DNA of 64,000 bases, taken from NCBI GenBank assembly GCA_963803435.1, contig CAWDML010000001.1, positions 768,001 to 832,000 of the forward strand. The letters run 5' to 3'. The position numbers and the translations under genes are program-made. This DNA comes from an uncultured delta proteobacterium (lineage in GTDB: Bacteria; Myxococcota; Kuafuiibacteriia; Kuafuiibacteriales; Kuafuiibacteriaceae). Below, one piece after another: positions 38,204 to 47,866 of this stretch. Positions within the stretch are counted from its first letter, which is position 1, and each line of letters begins with the position of its first letter. The notes under the pieces are model-generated. The model was not told where the DNA came from and did not search any database. It saw only the letters and a program-made list of their open reading frames with translations.

Positions 38204-39018
38204 TGCGCAACGAGGAGGCCAGCGGCATCTTCGTGGAGCAGGCGATGACCGAGGGCATCGTCTCCGAGATGGCCGGCGGATCGATCGTTCTGTTCTCGAC
38301 GCCCGCGCCGGAGGCCGAGAAGCCGAACCAGGACGCAGCCGTGCTGCTCCCCATCGGGGACGACGCCGCGGTGCTGGCCGTAGCCGACGGCGCCGGCGGT
38401 CTTCCGGCCGGGGCGCGCGCCTCCTCGCTGGCAGTGGTGATGCTGGAGAAGGCGGTCCGCGCGGATCCCGAGGAGACGCTCCGCACCCGGATCCTGGACG
38501 GCATCGATCGCGCCAACGTCGCGATCCTCGATCTCGGACTGGGCGCCGCCACCACGCTGGCGGTGGTCGAGATCCAGGACAACGTTCTCAGGCCCTATCA
38601 CATCGGCGACTCCACCATCCTCGTCGTCGGCCAGCGCGGCAAGGTGAAGCTGATGACGATGAACCACTCGCCGGTCGGGTACCAGGTAGAGGCCGGCGTG
38701 CTCGAGCCCGAGGCCGCGCTCCACCACGAGGATCTGGCGCTGGTGTCGAACCTCGTCGGACAGGCGGACATGCGGATCGAGGTGGGCGCGCCGCTCGAGC
38801 TGGCGCCGTTCGACACGGTCGTGATCGGGAGCGACGGCCTCTTCGACAACCTGCACACCGAGGAGATCGTGGAGATCGTGCGCGCCGGTCCGCTCGCAGA
38901 AGCAGCGAGAGAGCTGGCCGAGCAGTGCACCAAGCGCATGCTGACGCCCGAGGAAGGTCAGCCGTCCAAGCCGGACGATCTCACCTTCGTGGTCTTTCGT
39001 CTGGCGCCGAAGAAGTGA
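38203..39018 (+). CDS. PP2C/PPM-family Ser/Thr phosphatase
   Basis: NQDA, VADGAGG, HIGDS, GSDGLFD, DDLT; TGATG coupling to the kinase. Confidence 0.92.
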   Translation: MRNEEASGIFVEQAMTEGIVSEMAGGSIVLFSTPAPEAEKPNQDAAVLLPIGDDAAVLAVADGAGGLPAGARASSLAVVMLEKAVRADPEETLRTRILDGIDRANVAILDLGLGAATTLAVVEIQDNVLRPYHIGDSTILVVGQRGKVKLMTMNHSPVGYQVEAGVLEPEAALHHEDLALVSNLVGQADMRIEVGAPLELAPFDTVVIGSDGLFDNLHTEEIVEIVRAGPLAEAARELAEQCTKRMLTPEEGQPSKPDDLTFVVFRLAPKK

Positions 39019-39027
39019 GCTCGGCGG

Positions 39028-39909
39028 TCAGTTCCAGAGCACCGGGTTGGTGGTGGCGCCGTACCAGCGGCCGCTCAGGTTCTTGAGCGCCAGGACGGCC
39101 CCGGTCTGGGGATCGAGGGTGACGACCTGCCCGCGGCTGGTGAAGCCGTAGAGGACGCCGTTCGCATAGCCGAGCCCGAAGATGCTGGTCACAGAGGCGC
39201 CGCCGATCACCGTGGTCTGGCCGGTCGCGGGGTTGATCCGCACGACGCGGTCCGGATCGCCGTTCGCCTCGCCTTCGACCGTCCAGTAGAGCTTGCCGTC
39301 GGGGAGCCCAACCACGTCGCCCGAGGTGACGAACTGATCCGTCGAGGGCCAGGTCACGAGGCTCTGTCCCGTCTGGGGATCGATCACGGTGACGCGCTCG
39401 CCGGCGATCACGAGCCGGCCGTCGTCGAGGAACGTCATCCCATTGAGGCGATCGTCGAAGTCGAAGAGGAACGTGCAGAACGCAGTCTCCGGATTCACGA
39501 GGTAGATGTGGTTCTCGTAGACGCCGTTGGCGACGTGCTGGCTGACGCCGCCGTACATGGTGCCGTTGCGATCGATCGCGATGTCGACCATCAGATCGAT
39601 CGGGCCCGCGCTGGAGCGGAAGTCGCCGATGCGGACCGCCTGGTTGGCCTCCGGATCGTAGCTGTAGAGCGTGGTCCCGGTCTGGATGTAGACCGGCTCA
39701 TCCGCCGGCGGAACTCCGGCGTCGGTGAGCAGCACGCCTTGATCGGGGCGGCTCGCGTCGGCGAAGCCGGCGTCGGGCTCGGGATCGTCGGCGTCCGGAT
39801 GCACGCCCGAGTCGGGCGGCGTGTCATCGACGAACAGTGCGTCTTTCTCGCAGGCGAGGTTGGGGAGGAGAAGAAGGAAGGCGAGCGCCTGCCGGAACAC
39901 GGACGCCAT
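39028..39909 (-). CDS. Lipoprotein with beta-propeller repeats
   Basis: LLPNLAC lipobox; DIAIDRNG, SGDVVGLPDG, IFGLGY..GVLYG, WYGA. Confidence 0.8.
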   Translation of the reverse strand: MASVFRQALAFLLLLPNLACEKDALFVDDTPPDSGVHPDADDPEPDAGFADASRPDQGVLLTDAGVPPADEPVYIQTGTTLYSYDPEANQAVRIGDFRSSAGPIDLMVDIAIDRNGTMYGGVSQHVANGVYENHIYLVNPETAFCTFLFDFDDRLNGMTFLDDGRLVIAGERVTVIDPQTGQSLVTWPSTDQFVTSGDVVGLPDGKLYWTVEGEANGDPDRVVRINPATGQTTVIGGASVTSIFGLGYANGVLYGFTSRGQVVTLDPQTGAVLALKNLSGRWYGATTNPVLWN

Positions 39910-40048
39910 CAAAGACCGGCGCGAAGAAGGCAACAAGCGACCGATGCCCGATGGCGGGCGACCACCGGTCTTGGCCCCCATGTAGACTCAATCATTACAT
40001 CAAAGCTGAAATTGTCTTCGTATCCCGCAGACCACACCATCCCCGAAC

Positions 40049-40531
40049 ATGACCGTGCCAAAGTTTTCCGAGAGCACGTTGGTGGGCGCCGTCAGGGCGA
40101 CGCAGGCCGCAGAGCGAGACGTATCGCTCGATCAGCTCTACGGCTTCTTCAGGCAGATCGACGACCTGATGACGTCAAAAGATTGGAATGCGCTCGGCGA
40201 GCTGGGGGTCACCGTGAAGCCGTACGAACATTCCGCCAGCGGGCTGAGCTTTGCCCAGGGACTCGAGCTGCGAATCCCGAACGCTCTGAGCCGCAGTGGT
40301 CTCTCAGACGCGGACCTCCGTTCGAGGACGTCGGAGCTCGGGACCGTGTTGTCGGAAAACCGTGATCCGCAGTTCGTCAGGGTCTTCGCGCAGCTGGAAG
40401 ACTCCCCCCACCATAAGGGGGAGGCGGGCGTCGAACCGGACCTGGTGATCCGGTTCCCCAACTACGAATGGGTCAATCAGGGAGGCGGAGAGCCGCTGCG
40501 GCTACCCGATCGCTACAAGGAGCTGACATGA
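40049..40531 (+). CDS. Hypothetical protein, lower GC than flanks
   Basis: 160-aa ORF after an AT-rich intergenic stretch; no recognisable motif. Confidence 0.65.
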   Translation: MTVPKFSESTLVGAVRATQAAERDVSLDQLYGFFRQIDDLMTSKDWNALGELGVTVKPYEHSASGLSFAQGLELRIPNALSRSGLSDADLRSRTSELGTVLSENRDPQFVRVFAQLEDSPHHKGEAGVEPDLVIRFPNYEWVNQGGGEPLRLPDRYKELT

Positions 40532-40761
40532 CCCTGTTCAGCGCGAGCGCGCTGGAGGCCTGCGCCGCCGCCCAGCGAGCGCGTTCGCTCGGCGGCATCA
40601 AGGGCACGGATCCGAACGCGCTCAAGCTCATCGGCGCCGACGTTCATCGTGGAATGGGATCGCCGGCGACACGGAGCGCGGCGGTGCAGTCGGTCCTGCA
40701 AGCGAGGAGCGGGACCCGGCCCTCCAAGCGCACGCGAGTGGGCGGGCCCTCGAAGGCGTAG
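40528..40761 (+). CDS. Small basic hypothetical protein (77 aa)
   Basis: AAGGAG RBS at 40517-40522 and ATGA overlap with the upstream stop. Confidence 0.45.
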   Translation: MTLFSASALEACAAAQRARSLGGIKGTDPNALKLIGADVHRGMGSPATRSAAVQSVLQARSGTRPSKRTRVGGPSKA

Positions 40762-40781
40762 CGCCCAAGGGCTGAGAACGA

Positions 40782-42830
40782 TCAGGCCTTGACGACGCGC
40801 TCGACGGCCGCGACCACGTGGTCCACGGTGAACCCGAACTTCTGGTTCAGATCCTCGATGGGGGCCGAGGCGCCGAAGGAGCGGATCCCGATGATCTCGC
40901 CCTTGGGTCCGACGTAGCGCTCCCAGCCGAACGTGGACGCCTGCTCCACGGCGACGCGGGCGGTGACCGCCGGCGGCAACACCGAGTCGCGGTACGCCCG
41001 CTCCTGGTGCTCGAACAGCTCCCAAGAAGGCAGGCTGACCACGCGCAGCTTCACCCGATCCTTCAGGCGCTCGTACGCGCTGACGCAGAGCGAGACCTCG
41101 CTGCCGCTCGCCACCAGGATCGCCTGCGGCGGGCCGTCCGAGTCGATCAGCACGTAGCCGCCCTTCGCCACCTGCGGCGGAGCGAACCGGGTGCGGTCGA
41201 GCGTCGGCAGGTCCTGCCGGGTCAGGACGAGCGCCACCGGCTCGTGGCGCAGCGGCATGATCGTCTTCCAGGCGTCCACCACCTCGTTGGCGTCGGCGGG
41301 TCGGATCGTGATCAGGCCGGGCATCGCGCGGAGGGAGGCGAGGTGCTCGATCGGCTGGTGCGTCGGTCCGTCCTCGCCCACCGAGATCGAGTCGTGCGTG
41401 AAGATGTGGACGACCGGGATCTCCATCAGCGCGGAGAGCCGGATCGAAGGACGGGCGTAGTCGCTGAAGATCATGAAGCCCGATCCGTACGGCCGCACCT
41501 TCGACAGCGAGAGGCCGTTCATCACCGAGCCCATCGCGTGCTCGCGCACTCCGAAGTGGAAGTTGCGTCCGCCGCGATCGTCCTTGGTGAAGTCTCCCGC
41601 GCCCTCGAAGACCAGGCGGGTCTTCGTCGAGGGCGCCAGGTCAGCCGAGCCGCCGATCACCCAGGGGACGCGCTGCGCGATCTTGTTGAGCACCTTGCCG
41701 GAGGCGTCGCGCCCCGACACGCCCTTCGGATCGACGGGGAACCAACCGAGCTCCTGATCCCAGCCCTCCGGCAGCTGCCGGTGCTGCATGCGATACAGAT
41801 GATCCGCCAGGTCCGGGTACTCCTTCCGGTAGGCCTCGAAGGCGCCCATCCACTGCTGGCGCAGCGCCGCGCCCCGCTGGCCGATGCCCTGGGCGAAGTG
41901 CTCGACCACCTCCTCCGGGACCCGGAAGTGGGCGTCCTCCGGCCAGCCGTAGTTGCGCTTGGTCAGCCGGATCTCCTCCTCGCCGAGCGGGGAGCCGTGG
42001 GCCGCGTGCGTGTCCTGCTTGTTGGGCGCGCCGTAGGCGATGTGGCTGTCGACGATGATCAGCGTGGGCCGATCGGTGGTCTTCTTGAAGGTGGTGAAGG
42101 CGCGCTCGAGCATGTCGAGGTCGTTGGCGTCGCCGACGCGCGTGACGTTCCAGCCGTACCCGATGAAGCGGGTGGCTACGTCCTCGCTGAAGGACCAGTC
42201 GGTGTGTCCTTCGATGGTGATCTTGTTGTTGTCGTAGATCCAGCAGAGGTTCGACAGCTTCAGGTGGCCGGCCAGCGAGGCCGCCTCCGAGGCGACGCCC
42301 TCCATCATGCAGCCGTCGCCGCCCAGCGAGTAGACGTCGTAGCCGAACATCTCGAAGCCGGGACGGTTGAAGTGCTTCGCCATCCACTCGCTCGCGATCG
42401 CCATCCCGACGCTGGTCGCGAAGCCCTGGCCGAGGGGACCGGTGGTGGTCTCGATGCCGGAGGTCCAGCGGTACTCCGGGTGACCCGCGCACTTGCTCCC
42501 CAGCTGGCGGAACCGCTCGATGTCCTCGAGCGCGACGGAGAGCCGGCCCAATACCTCGTACTTCGGATTGACCGCCTTCACCTTGGTGAGGTGGAGCATC
42601 GAGTAGAGCAGCATGGAGGCGTGCCCCATCGAGAGGACGAAGCGATCGCGGTTCGGCCAGATCGGATCGTCGGGATCGAAGCGGAGGAAGCGTTGCCAGA
42701 GGCAGTAGGCCACCGGCGCCATCGCCATCGGCGTGCCCGGGTGCCCCGAGTTCGCCTTCTGCACCGCATCCATGGCGAGCGTGCGGATGGTGTTGATGGA
42801 GAGTCGGTCGAGGTCGCTGGTCGAATGCAC
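40782..42830 (-). CDS. tkt: Transketolase
   Basis: ANSGHPG, NRDRFVLSMGH, TTGPLGQG, GDGCMMEG, FGVREHAM, GEDGPTHQP. Confidence 0.97.
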   Translation of the reverse strand: MHSTSDLDRLSINTIRTLAMDAVQKANSGHPGTPMAMAPVAYCLWQRFLRFDPDDPIWPNRDRFVLSMGHASMLLYSMLHLTKVKAVNPKYEVLGRLSVALEDIERFRQLGSKCAGHPEYRWTSGIETTTGPLGQGFATSVGMAIASEWMAKHFNRPGFEMFGYDVYSLGGDGCMMEGVASEAASLAGHLKLSNLCWIYDNNKITIEGHTDWSFSEDVATRFIGYGWNVTRVGDANDLDMLERAFTTFKKTTDRPTLIIVDSHIAYGAPNKQDTHAAHGSPLGEEEIRLTKRNYGWPEDAHFRVPEEVVEHFAQGIGQRGAALRQQWMGAFEAYRKEYPDLADHLYRMQHRQLPEGWDQELGWFPVDPKGVSGRDASGKVLNKIAQRVPWVIGGSADLAPSTKTRLVFEGAGDFTKDDRGGRNFHFGVREHAMGSVMNGLSLSKVRPYGSGFMIFSDYARPSIRLSALMEIPVVHIFTHDSISVGEDGPTHQPIEHLASLRAMPGLITIRPADANEVVDAWKTIMPLRHEPVALVLTRQDLPTLDRTRFAPPQVAKGGYVLIDSDGPPQAILVASGSEVSLCVSAYERLKDRVKLRVVSLPSWELFEHQERAYRDSVLPPAVTARVAVEQASTFGWERYVGPKGEIIGIRSFGASAPIEDLNQKFGFTVDHVVAAVERVVKA

Positions 42831-42921
42831 GGGCGGTTACATAGCGCTGGCTCGCGCTCCGGGAAACCGCGGCCGGATCGAGTCGGAGATCGTTCGAGCT
42901 TTCTCGTGTACGCTCGCGCGG

Positions 42922-43677
42922 GTGCCCCGCCTCGCGCTCTTGATGCTGCTGGCGGTCGCCTGCGTGCCCAAGCCGGCCGACGTTTCGGACAGCGGTCCGG
43001 TCGCCGAGGACGCCGAACCCGACGCTGGCTTCTCGTTCGACGCGCGCGCGCCCGACGCGACCGTCCCGGACGACACCGGGGTCCCCGACGACAGCGGGGT
43101 TGCGGAGGACGCCGGGGAGATGGACGCGAGCCTCCCGAGCCAGTGCCCCACCATCGCCGACCCGGCCTGCACCTCCGCGGCCGACTGTGCCGACGACATC
43201 CCGCCGCCGACGAACTGCGAGGCCTGCGTGCCGGCGAACGACACGCTGTGCGCCGGCGCCACCTGCACGATGCCGCCGACCCTGGCCATCGCGGACATCT
43301 ACGCCGTCGCCACGCAAGTCGACCCGAGCGTCCCGCTCCTGTCGAGCGTCGGCGTCTTCGCCGTCGCCTCCGGGACAGCCGGCCAACGGGTCATCGGATG
43401 TGACGACGTTTACAGCGGAACGGTCGACCTGACCGATCGCTGCTTCAACGTGCTCTACAGCAAGAGCATCAACGTCAGTCAGACCGGCGACACCTATACG
43501 GTCGCGTTTACCGGCTTCGCGAGCGGTCAGCACACGCTCTTCCTCATCTACGGTTTCACCTCGGTCGGCGCCCGGGGCGCGCCGGTCGGGCTGTCCTGCA
43601 GCGAGATCGACGTGGGTCCGCCCAGCCCGGGCGGCCAGACTCAGTACTTCGCCGGGGATCGGATGCGCCTGCTGTGA
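42922..43677 (+). CDS. Cys-rich lipoprotein
   Basis: GTG start, LLAVAC lipobox, DAG/DSG linker, Cys-rich domain. Confidence 0.75.
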   Translation: MPRLALLMLLAVACVPKPADVSDSGPVAEDAEPDAGFSFDARAPDATVPDDTGVPDDSGVAEDAGEMDASLPSQCPTIADPACTSAADCADDIPPPTNCEACVPANDTLCAGATCTMPPTLAIADIYAVATQVDPSVPLLSSVGVFAVASGTAGQRVIGCDDVYSGTVDLTDRCFNVLYSKSINVSQTGDTYTVAFTGFASGQHTLFLIYGFTSVGARGAPVGLSCSEIDVGPPSPGGQTQYFAGDRMRLL

Positions 43678-43756
43678 ACGGCCATTTCACAGAGGTAGTT
43701 TTCGACCCAGAACCCGTACACTCCTCAGCGCCCGAGATTTTCGGGCAGGAGGAAAA

Positions 43757-44503
43757 ATGGGAATCGTCGCAGTTCTTCTCACCGCGGGCGGCATCGTCGC
43801 GCTCATTTGGGGCTTCGTTCAAAAGTTCAAGGCAGGACGGCTGGCGAAGGCGCCGTTCGTGAAGACCGGTGATGCCGCGGCCAAGGGCGCCTCCGTCGCC
43901 GGCGAGAAGGGTGCAATCTCGGTTCAGGGACGAGTGAACGCGTCGCAGCTGCTCACCTCTCCGGTGACCGGAACCCAGTGCCTCTACTACGAGCTCAAGG
44001 TGGTCGGTAAGTGGAAGGACGGCGACACCGAGAAGTCGAAGGACTACGTCGACGAGAAGGCCGCCGCGCAGTTCATGGTCGACGACGGCACCGGCGGGAT
44101 CCGCGTCGACGCCTCCAAAGGCGGCGACTTCGATTGCATCGAGAAGAGCTTCGACGAGACCAAGAAAGAGGGCATGTTCGCCGATCTGAAGAGCGCCGTC
44201 GGAAAGGGTCAGCCGATCATGTTCGGCAGCTACGCGTTCCAGAACCCGCCGATGAGCACCGCCAACAAGTTCGAGTGCGTCGAGAAGATCGTGAAGCCGC
44301 AGCAGCAGCTGTTCGTCCTCGGGAAGATCGAGAACAACACGATCGGATCGCCGAGCTGGACCTCGCTGATCCTCTCCTCCAAGACCCGCGATGAGCTCCT
44401 GGGCTCCACCGCGAAGGCCGCCAAGAACTTCCTCATCGGAGGCGCGGCCGCCGCGGGTGTCGGGGTGGTCCTGGGCGTCGTCAGCAAGTTCGTGGCCGGC
44501 TGA
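43757..44503 (+). CDS. GIDE-domain-like membrane protein (two TMs, no RING)
   Basis: AGGAGG RBS; N-terminal TM, LTSPVTGTQCLYY, FMVDDGTGGIRVD, EKI..QQLFVLG, LILSSKTRDEL, C-terminal TM. Confidence 0.72.
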   Translation: MGIVAVLLTAGGIVALIWGFVQKFKAGRLAKAPFVKTGDAAAKGASVAGEKGAISVQGRVNASQLLTSPVTGTQCLYYELKVVGKWKDGDTEKSKDYVDEKAAAQFMVDDGTGGIRVDASKGGDFDCIEKSFDETKKEGMFADLKSAVGKGQPIMFGSYAFQNPPMSTANKFECVEKIVKPQQQLFVLGKIENNTIGSPSWTSLILSSKTRDELLGSTAKAAKNFLIGGAAAAGVGVVLGVVSKFVAG

Positions 44504-44513
44504 GCCCCCGCCC

Positions 44514-45998
44514 CTACCGCTCCATCCTCTCCTTGATCGTTCGCAGCACCTCGACCCGCGCGAACTTCTTGTCGTTGCCCGGCACGATGGTCCAGGGCGC
44601 ATACGACGTGCTGCAGCGTCCCACCATCTCGTTCACCGCGCCCTCGTAGCGGTCCCACTTCTCGCGGTTTCGCCAGTCCTCGTCCGTGATCTTGTGCTTC
44701 TTGTACGAGACCACCTCGCGCTCCTCGAACCGCCGGAGCTGCTCTTCCTTTCCGATGTGGATCCAGAACTTCAAGAGCACGATCCCGTGCTCGGTGAGCT
44801 GCTCTTCGAAGTCGTTGATCTCGTTGTAGGCGCGCTTCCACTCCTCCTCGGTCGCGAAGCCCTCGACGCGCTCCACGAGGACGCGCCCGTACCACGATCG
44901 ATCGTAGATGGTGACCCGCCCGGCGCGCGGCACGTGGCGCCAGAAGCGCCAGAGGTAGTGATGCGCGCGCTCCTCGTCGGTGGGAGCGGCGATCTGGATG
45001 ACGTTCAGGAGCCGCGCGTCGAGGGCCTGCGACACGCGGCGGATCGCGCCGCCCTTGCCGGCAGCGTCCCAGCCTTCGAACACCATCATCGTGGAGCGGC
45101 GGTGCTCGTACGCCTCGCGCGCCAGGCGGCCGACCTCGTACTGGTAGGCCTCCAGACGCCGCTCGTACTCCACCTCGTCCATCTTCTGGGTGAGATCGAC
45201 CTTGTCGAGGATCGTGATCTGAGACGCGGCGGTCGGTGGGGTGGACTCGACTGGAGGGAGGTGCACGCTCCCGTCCTGCCGGCCGGTGGCCAAGCGGCGT
45301 TCGATCGAGTCGGAGATCGTCCGCGCGATCGTCAGGTCGCGATACCGTGCGTCCTCAGCCTCGACCAGGAACCAGGGCGCGAGGCCGGTGTCGGTCTCGC
45401 GGATCGCTGTCTCGGCGACGCTCTTGAAGCGCTTGTAGCGCTTGTGACGCCGCCAATCCTCCTTGGTGACGCGCCAGCGCGTGCGCTTGTCGCTCTCCAG
45501 CTTCTCGAGGCGCTTCCTCTGATCCCCCTCGGTGAGGTGGAGCCAGAACTTGAGGATGACCGCGCCGTCCTGGACCAGCATGCGCTCGAGGCGCGCGATA
45601 CGGGCGAGCTGTCGCTCGAAGGCGGGCGCCTTCTCGCCCTTCATGACGCGGTCGACGATCGGCTTGGTGTACCAGCTCCCCAGGAACAGCCCGATGCGCC
45701 CGCGCGCCGGGAGCTGCCGCCAGAACCGCCAGTACTCGGGGCGTTCCGCCTCTTCGTCCGACGCCGGACGGGCGCCGACCGTGTGGATGTCGACATGCCG
45801 GACGTCCAGCCACTCGGTCAGGCGATCGACGACCCTCGCCTTTCCAGCGCCCTCGACCCCAGCGATGATCACCACGACCGGCGCGTCGCTGTCGGCCAAC
45901 CGTCGCTGGAGATCGAGCAGGCGAGCGCGGAGCTCCGGCAGCGTCGCTGCGTAATCCGCCTTGTCGATCGTCCTCCCGAGCTCCACCGCCTCGAACAT
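44514..45998 (-). CDS. pap: Polyphosphate:AMP phosphotransferase (two-domain PPK2)
   Basis: Two PPK2 domains: GVEGAGKA..YWRFWRQLP..GSWY and EGWDAAGKGG..YLWRFWRHVP..DRSWYGRVLVERVEG. Confidence 0.93.
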   Translation of the reverse strand: MFEAVELGRTIDKADYAATLPELRARLLDLQRRLADSDAPVVVIIAGVEGAGKARVVDRLTEWLDVRHVDIHTVGARPASDEEAERPEYWRFWRQLPARGRIGLFLGSWYTKPIVDRVMKGEKAPAFERQLARIARLERMLVQDGAVILKFWLHLTEGDQRKRLEKLESDKRTRWRVTKEDWRRHKRYKRFKSVAETAIRETDTGLAPWFLVEAEDARYRDLTIARTISDSIERRLATGRQDGSVHLPPVESTPPTAASQITILDKVDLTQKMDEVEYERRLEAYQYEVGRLAREAYEHRRSTMMVFEGWDAAGKGGAIRRVSQALDARLLNVIQIAAPTDEERAHHYLWRFWRHVPRAGRVTIYDRSWYGRVLVERVEGFATEEEWKRAYNEINDFEEQLTEHGIVLLKFWIHIGKEEQLRRFEEREVVSYKKHKITDEDWRNREKWDRYEGAVNEMVGRCSTSYAPWTIVPGNDKKFARVEVLRTIKERMER

Positions 45999-46040
45999 GA
46001 GCCGAGACCGGTAGTCGAGTTCGAGGGCGACCGCAAGGCT

Positions 46041-46802
46041 TCAGCCCAGCGGGAGGCGGCGCATGAACGCCTGCGTCCCGGCGCTCGGGTCTTGATCGAC
46101 GAACGTCACATCGAGCAGACCGGCGTCGACCCAGCTGCCGGTGTGCTGACGCGCCACCTCGCTGAGGCACACGCTGTAGCCTCGGAGAAAGGACTCGAGG
46201 TCACGGCGTTGATCCTCGGTCCCACGGAACACGATCATGAGATCGATGTCGCTGGAGGGGCCGGCCTCGCCGCGCTCGGTGCTGCCATACAGATAGAGGC
46301 CTTCGACGCCGTACGTCTTCGCGTCGATCGCCCGTCCCAGGGCCTCGGCGAAGCTCTGCCGCCATCGCCAGTGATCGCGGCGGGCGCCGGCCGGGTCGCC
46401 GGCCAGCTGCTGCTGCTTCCACTCGAGGTACTCGGACAACCTCGAGGCGATGCTCGTCAGCAACTCCCGCTCCTCGTCGAGGAACGCGTTGTCGGCGTCG
46501 CTCGGCCAGTCGACGTCGACGACCTCGATGAACCCGACGGGGGTACCGAAGAGGTCGAGCGACGCGCGCAGCCGGTGACAGGACGGCCCGAAGCCGGGCC
46601 CCAGGTAGTCGCGGCCGAGGTACTGGATCCGCGAGCCGGTGCTCTTCGGTCGCTGCCAGCCCTCGGGGATCGAGTCGAGCACGCTCGCAAACACGGCCTG
46701 CGGCGGGTCCTCGCGCGCGGCCACCGCCTGACCGACACGATAGAGACATCGCAGCTCCTTCGCGCGCTCCTCGAGCGCCAGGATCTCGTGCGCCGACCTC
46801 AT
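46041..46802 (-). CDS. GAF-like domain fused to a Pol-beta-type nucleotidyltransferase domain
   Basis: LEERAKELRCLY..IPEGWQ..FLDEERELL, then DHWRWR..LYLYGSTERGEAGPSSDIDL (GS..DxD)..LLDV. Confidence 0.75.
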   Translation of the reverse strand: MRSAHEILALEERAKELRCLYRVGQAVAAREDPPQAVFASVLDSIPEGWQRPKSTGSRIQYLGRDYLGPGFGPSCHRLRASLDLFGTPVGFIEVVDVDWPSDADNAFLDEERELLTSIASRLSEYLEWKQQQLAGDPAGARRDHWRWRQSFAEALGRAIDAKTYGVEGLYLYGSTERGEAGPSSDIDLMIVFRGTEDQRRDLESFLRGYSVCLSEVARQHTGSWVDAGLLDVTFVDQDPSAGTQAFMRRLPLG

Positions 46803-47002
46803 CGGCGCGCACGCTAGGTCCGAGCGGCGAACCCGTCAACGGGTGAGCCCAGCCACCGGAGGCGCGCGCGTCCTCCACTCCCGCTCCACTCCCGCGATTG
46901 GGGGGTGGTCCTTCCCAGGTTTCCCGACCACCTGTACGAGCGTGGGGCGCGGGCTGCCATCCTAGCGTTCACGCCCGGCGGTCGACACGGTACGCTCGGC
47001 GT

Positions 47003-47866
47003 ATGCAACGACGGCTCCTCGGCTCCTCGGGCATCGAAGTCAACGCGATCGGCTTCGGCGGAATGCCGCTCTCGATCCGCAACCGCCCGGACGAGTCGCA
47101 GGCGATCCGCGTCATACACGCCGCGCTCGACGCCGGGATCGATTTCATCGACACGGCCAACGTCTACTGCATCGACGACAGCGACCTCGGACACAACGAG
47201 CGTCTGATCGCAAAGGCGCTCGGGGAGTGGAGCGGTCCGCCGCCGATCGTCGCCACCAAGGGCGGGCTCGAGCGACCGAACGGCAACTGGACCCGGAACG
47301 GCCGGCCCGAGGCGCTCAAGGGCGCGTGCGAGCAGAGCCTGCGCTCGCTGGAGGTCGACGCGATCACACTCTATCAGCTGCACTCGCCCGATCCCTCGGT
47401 ACCGTTCGAGGAGAGCGTGGGTGCGCTAGCCCAGCTCAGGAGCGAGGGAAAGATCGAGCACGTCGGGCTCTCCAACGTGACGGTCGAGCAGATCGAGGCT
47501 GCGCGCGCCATCGTGGAGGTGGTCAGCGTCCAGAACCGCTGCAACCCGTTCGATCGCCGCGCCTTCGCCGACGGCGTGGTGGCCTGCTGCGAGAAGCACG
47601 CGATCGCGTTCCTCCCGTACAGCCCGGTGGGGGGCTCACGCGGGAAGTCGGAGGTGAAGGACGATCCGATCCTCAACGAGATCGCCGTGCGTCACGACGC
47701 CTCTCCCTTCGAGGTCGCGCTCGCCTGGCTGCTCAAGAAGTCCGAGATCTCCATCCCGATCCCGGGCGCCAGCAAGCCGCAGAACGCGCGCTCGAGCGCC
47801 AAAGCCATGACGATCGAGCTCGCCCCGGTGGATCTCTTTCAGCTCGAGGCCGCGTTTCCCACCTGA
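47003..47866 (+). CDS. Aldo/keto reductase
   Basis: IGFGGMPL, DTANVY, ATKGG, LYQLHSPD, GLSNV, PYSPVG, PIPG. Confidence 0.93.
   Translation: MQRRLLGSSGIEVNAIGFGGMPLSIRNRPDESQAIRVIHAALDAGIDFIDTANVYCIDDSDLGHNERLIAKALGEWSGPPPIVATKGGLERPNGNWTRNGRPEALKGACEQSLRSLEVDAITLYQLHSPDPSVPFEESVGALAQLRSEGKIEHVGLSNVTVEQIEAARAIVEVVSVQNRCNPFDRRAFADGVVACCEKHAIAFLPYSPVGGSRGKSEVKDDPILNEIAVRHDASPFEVALAWLLKKSEISIPIPGASKPQNARSSAKAMTIELAPVDLFQLEAAFPT

Noticed and set aside
40818-43403. Long alternative-frame ORFs (e.g. 861 aa here, 1399 aa at 51526-55725, 808 aa at 44391-46817)
   Set aside because: Antisense or off-frame shadows of real high-GC genes; Arg/Pro/Ala-rich with no motifs.
46041-46802. MNT antitoxin or CBASS cyclase
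   Set aside because: No HEPN toxin or Cap effector nearby, and the protein is too small for a CD-NTase.
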